From Selaginella moellendorffii (taxonomy: Eukaryota > Plantae > Lycopodiophyta): a DNA stretch of 64,000 bases. Location of the stretch: NCBI RefSeq assembly GCF_000143415.4, contig NW_003314263.1, positions 4,277,946-4,341,945 on the forward strand, in the 5' to 3' direction. Positions 60,444 through 64,000 of this stretch are shown here, in pieces (the first letter of the stretch is position 1; each line of letters begins with the position of its first letter). The position numbers and the translations under genes were made by a program. Under the pieces are notes generated by a model. The model ran no database searches. It was not told where the DNA came from and saw only the letters and a list, made by a program, of their open reading frames with translations.

Positions 60444-61660
60444 TCTATCCCTCAAGAGAAAATAAAAGTCGAGAAAACAAAAAACTTCTTATAGAAGAAA
60501 GAAAGTGAGGAGACGTGGGTGGCACTATTTACTTGGATACCTAGTGTGGCTCAATGGAACTTTGCTCTAGCCCCATGGCTAGGGCACCCAAAAGTGGAAG
60601 GTGGGAAGAGTACCCACAAGGCTCATGTAGGGCTATGGTGTTCTAAAATGTTGTCCCAAAGTCCCAGACTGTGGAAAAGAAGAAGAGCAATCCTCTAGTG
60701 TAGTGACCAAGGATACGGTCACATGGTGAGGAAGTCCCCAAGGATAGTGGGATGTAGTGGTCAGTCTAGGGGCCTTGACCTAGTGGCAGTGCTGGCAAAC
60801 ACAGCTAGGAACAAAAAGGGACTTGGTGAGGAAGATTGTTTCCCATGTTTGTAAGCATTTTAAAGATATTAAAGAGTGCATTTGGGATGATCATTCATAG
60901 ATGAATGGCCTATACTTGATGTAAGTGGTGTTGGATCATTGGCATATGAGTTGTTCTATGTACCATGGGTGAAAGTAAACCTCCCTTGGGTTTATTATGA
61001 GTGGCAAATAGGTTAGTTTATAGGTGTTGAGCACAGCACTAGTAAATCCTTCCTATGCTTGATTATAAGTGGATCAATCAAGATTGTAGGGATTAATTTA
61101 TTGGTTCAATTAGTCATTGCCATACTCTCTCATAAACTTTTCTTGGATTGGTAGTGTGAAAGCAAGCTTGAGGTTTAGTCAAATATAAGACCGAAAAGAG
61201 AGTTATCAGGGACAAAGGATCAAACACGTAAATCATTCTCTTCTTAAAGAGATGATTTGCAACGAGGTGTTAACTCATTGCTCGTATTCATAGTATGCAA
61301 TCAAGAGTCCCTACCTTGATATATGTTCGAAGTGATGGTCTTCTAAATGGTGGGTTGTGGGATAGATAGCGGTGGAGCGCTAAACCATTTTGTCTAGGTT
61401 CGCTATTGAAGGTTTAGGTTGCAATGCTCAATTCTTTTCCGGGGAACTTTGCTATTGCTCCTTGAGTAGCTTAGTGTTGGATTAGTTTTGAGTTTGGTCG
61501 GAAAGAAAGTGGCATGAGTTTGTCCATGTTGTGAACAAAAGTTAGTGGTGTTAAGTGTTAAAAATCTTTATCGGTGGGGTGTGGCATTTATGTTGCATTT
61601 TATTGAATCGAGTTGGCACTTGATATTTACGTAAACCTTTATAGTAGATGTGTGGTGAGC

Positions 61661-62089
61661 TCATGGGCCCTTTCCCTCTATATTTGAACCCCATGGATCA
61701 TCTCTCAAGTCGTTCCCTTTGGTTGCTTACAATCCACCACGCTTCCCTACAAGTTCACGCCCTCGTGAACGGAAGCTAAGAGCCGTAGCTCTCCCGAGAG
61801 CCCCGCTTTTTGAGACCAACCAGATGTCAATCAACATGTGGTGTGATTCCCTTATCCAACCAACAGAGTCGGACCTAAGATAGCTCCGATACCAAATGTA
61901 AGCTCCTGAGTTTGGACTTCCCAGGAGGTCACCCAGCCTAGTACTATTCAAACCCAAAGACGTTTAATCCCAAATATCCCAAGACCCTTAACCGATTGGA
62001 AAAGGGGGTGCACTCTTGTTCATAGGCCCTTCCCTTTATATTTGAACCCCACGGATCGTCTCTCAAGTCGTTCCCTTTGGTTGCTTACA
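61661..62089 (-). mobile_element. Cassandra-type TRIM (LTR carries a 5S rRNA-like segment); 3' LTR truncated
   Basis: Full LTR 61897-62089 (TGTAAGC..GCTTACA), partial LTR 61661-61731. Minus-strand PBS TGGTATCGGAGC at 61894-61883; PPT next to 61732. 61914-61968 is the reverse complement of the 5S internal region (..AGTACTAGGcTGGGTGACCTCCTGGGAAGTCC). Confidence 0.9.
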
Positions 62090-62979
62090 GGTATCACGTT
62101 CATGTTAGACAAATATATAACTTGATGGCATGTATTTGGTGTTGGGTCTTGTGAAGGCAAGCTGAAAAGTGATTGTTAGTTGCTTTGCAACTTGTGATTG
62201 TTTGTAGACTTTGTCAAGGATTATTAACACTTGCTTCGCTCAATGATGATTTTCACATTTTTTGATTTGCTTTATTAGATGGTGTTGCGGAGGATCATGT
62301 TGTTAGAGTTACATGATTTTTCCATATTGGTATATCGATTCTACTTTTGTTGATATCATTTGGTTATGTTTAATCTGTGGTGTTAGATTTTATTGGGTCT
62401 TGGATGTGGTGAATCACTCCTTGATGATGTGTTATCTGAAACTGAGTATTGTTGGAGGATTAATCTTGGATACTAAGTATAGTATCTTCGACTTTAGTTA
62501 GTTTGGTTGCTAGAGAGCTTTAAGTGGTGATTCACTTGTGCTTTCTTTTAGCTTTATTATGGTGTTAATAACATTAAAGTGATGCATTGTCATTGACATT
62601 ATTGATATTGAGATTCAAGTTATATGAGATATCTCTCCGTAGGATTGATATTGAGTCTCATTAGTCTCGATGTAATTAGTGTTGATACTTGGGCTATAGC
62701 TTTATGTTATTGGCATTTGTGCATTTGCTAGTTAGCAACTTTGTTGATGTTCAAATGAATTGAGTGGCAAATTTGAGTTAGTTATGTTCTAGACAAGATT
62801 GTTTAGTAGGGGTTGAGATTTGAGTTTTTCCTTAAAAACTAATTTTGTTGTGGACTATGCTAGCTTTACGAGACAAATAGTTCGTGATCGATATTAGAAT
62901 GTTTGAATCCTTGTTAGATTTAATTTGAAATATATTGATCATTGATGATTCTTTATGTGCTTGTTATGAAGTGAATTAC

Positions 62980-63703
62980 TGTAGTGCACCTTTTCTCTCT
63001 CCCCTTAAGCCAACTGGAAAAGGGGCAATTGCTTGATGAGAGAGCTCTTAATGGCTATGGATTCACGGTGACAGTATATCCAAATCTCATCCCATGATCA
63101 CATGTGCTACACTCACCCTCTTTTTAGAGATGTCAATGTCCTCATTGACTATTGACTAATAACCCCTACTGAGCCAAGGGGAACTAGCACCTCCACCCTC
63201 TTTTTAGAGATGTCAATGTCCTCATTGACTATTGACTAATAACCCCTACTGAGCCAAGGGGAACTAGCACCTCCATTTCCGTACTGAATCTACCAATCCT
63301 TCCATTGTGTAGACTAGCTATTCCATGTGAGGCAACTAGTCATCCACCCATATCGCAGTCCCATGGTGGATACCTTCGTCCATGGATACTCCACACAAGA
63401 GGAAGGACGTACGCATGGATGCCCAATACGTACGATTTCAAATTTAGGGGTAGGAATATACCTTGCTCAAGGGTATATTATATTTTTAAGTAGCCACTAA
63501 TCAATGGGAATCGAACCTGTGTCATTTTCTCTGATACCAACTGTAGTGCACCTTATCTCTCTCCCCTTAAGCCAACTGGAAAAGGGGCAATTGCTTGATG
63601 AGAGAGCCCTTAGTGGCTATTTTATCCCCATTTATCCCCCAAGGTTCCAAGGATCCACGGTGACAGTATATCCAAATCTCATCCCATGATCACATGCGCC
63701 ACA
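62980..63703 (-). mobile_element. Complete non-coding TRIM (724 bp)
   Basis: LTRs 62980-63111 and 63542-63703 (TGT..ACA). Perfect TSD ATTAC (62975-62979, 63704-63708). Minus-strand PBS TGGTATCAGAG at 63539-63529; PPT at 63112-63125. Confidence 0.95.
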
Positions 63704-64000
63704 ATTACATCTTGGTATAGATGGATTCATATAGGATCATTTAGTAATCACTTATTGAGCATAGCTTCATTGTATTTAGCTTCATATAGATGTGCTCTTC
63801 ATTAACTTTGCATTATGAAGTTTAACTTATAGATGTGTTGAGGAGGATATTATGGATGCAATGATTTCTTCTTTAACATTGAAATTAATTTATGCAAGAC
63901 TTGTGATCATTATTAAGCAAGACTTGGCTATAGACTTCTTCTAGTTTTGGTTCTTTGAGTTTTTATACTCATTGTTCCATCTGTTAGGAGTTGTGGGAAG

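Noticed and set aside
61914-61968. Functional 5S rRNA gene
   Set aside because: Only ~55 nt, diverged, and embedded in an LTR.
63500-63540. tRNA gene
   Set aside because: Only a B-box-like motif plus the PBS; no cloverleaf.

Overview
Eukaryotic plant nuclear DNA. The ~45-60 nt introns, very short intergenic spacers and S-repeat-rich PPR genes point to a Selaginella-like lycophyte (inference). The window has three zones. (1) 1-23.4 kb is a rearranged block. An aldo-keto reductase / AVT1-like transporter / divergent AUX1-LAX cassette occurs as a large inverted duplication and also as a partial tandem copy. The extra copies carry an unknown-gene::AKR fusion and two short-LTR Copia insertions, and a hAT derivative lies in the spacer. 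(2) 23.5-49.4 kb is a dense run of genes: class II RSL bHLH, PLS-PPR, intronless TPR-SET, frameshifted HOTHEAD-like GMC oxidoreductase, CNX2, LARP6, mitochondrial EF-G, a KN1-binding-protein-like gene, PPR-DYW, TTC1, MEI2-like and a polygalacturonase. (3) 50-64 kb is decayed, C-to-T-eroded, TE-like DNA. It holds the best candidate for a novel system: a spliced, now broken gene joining a ParB/Srx-like domain to a prokaryotic-type beta-class N6A/N4C DNA methyltransferase, with five palindromes (10 bp arm, 8 bp spacer, 10 bp arm) upstream. A 5S-rRNA-bearing Cassandra TRIM and a related 5S-less TRIM follow. All family assignments come from motif recognition by eye; no database searches were run.
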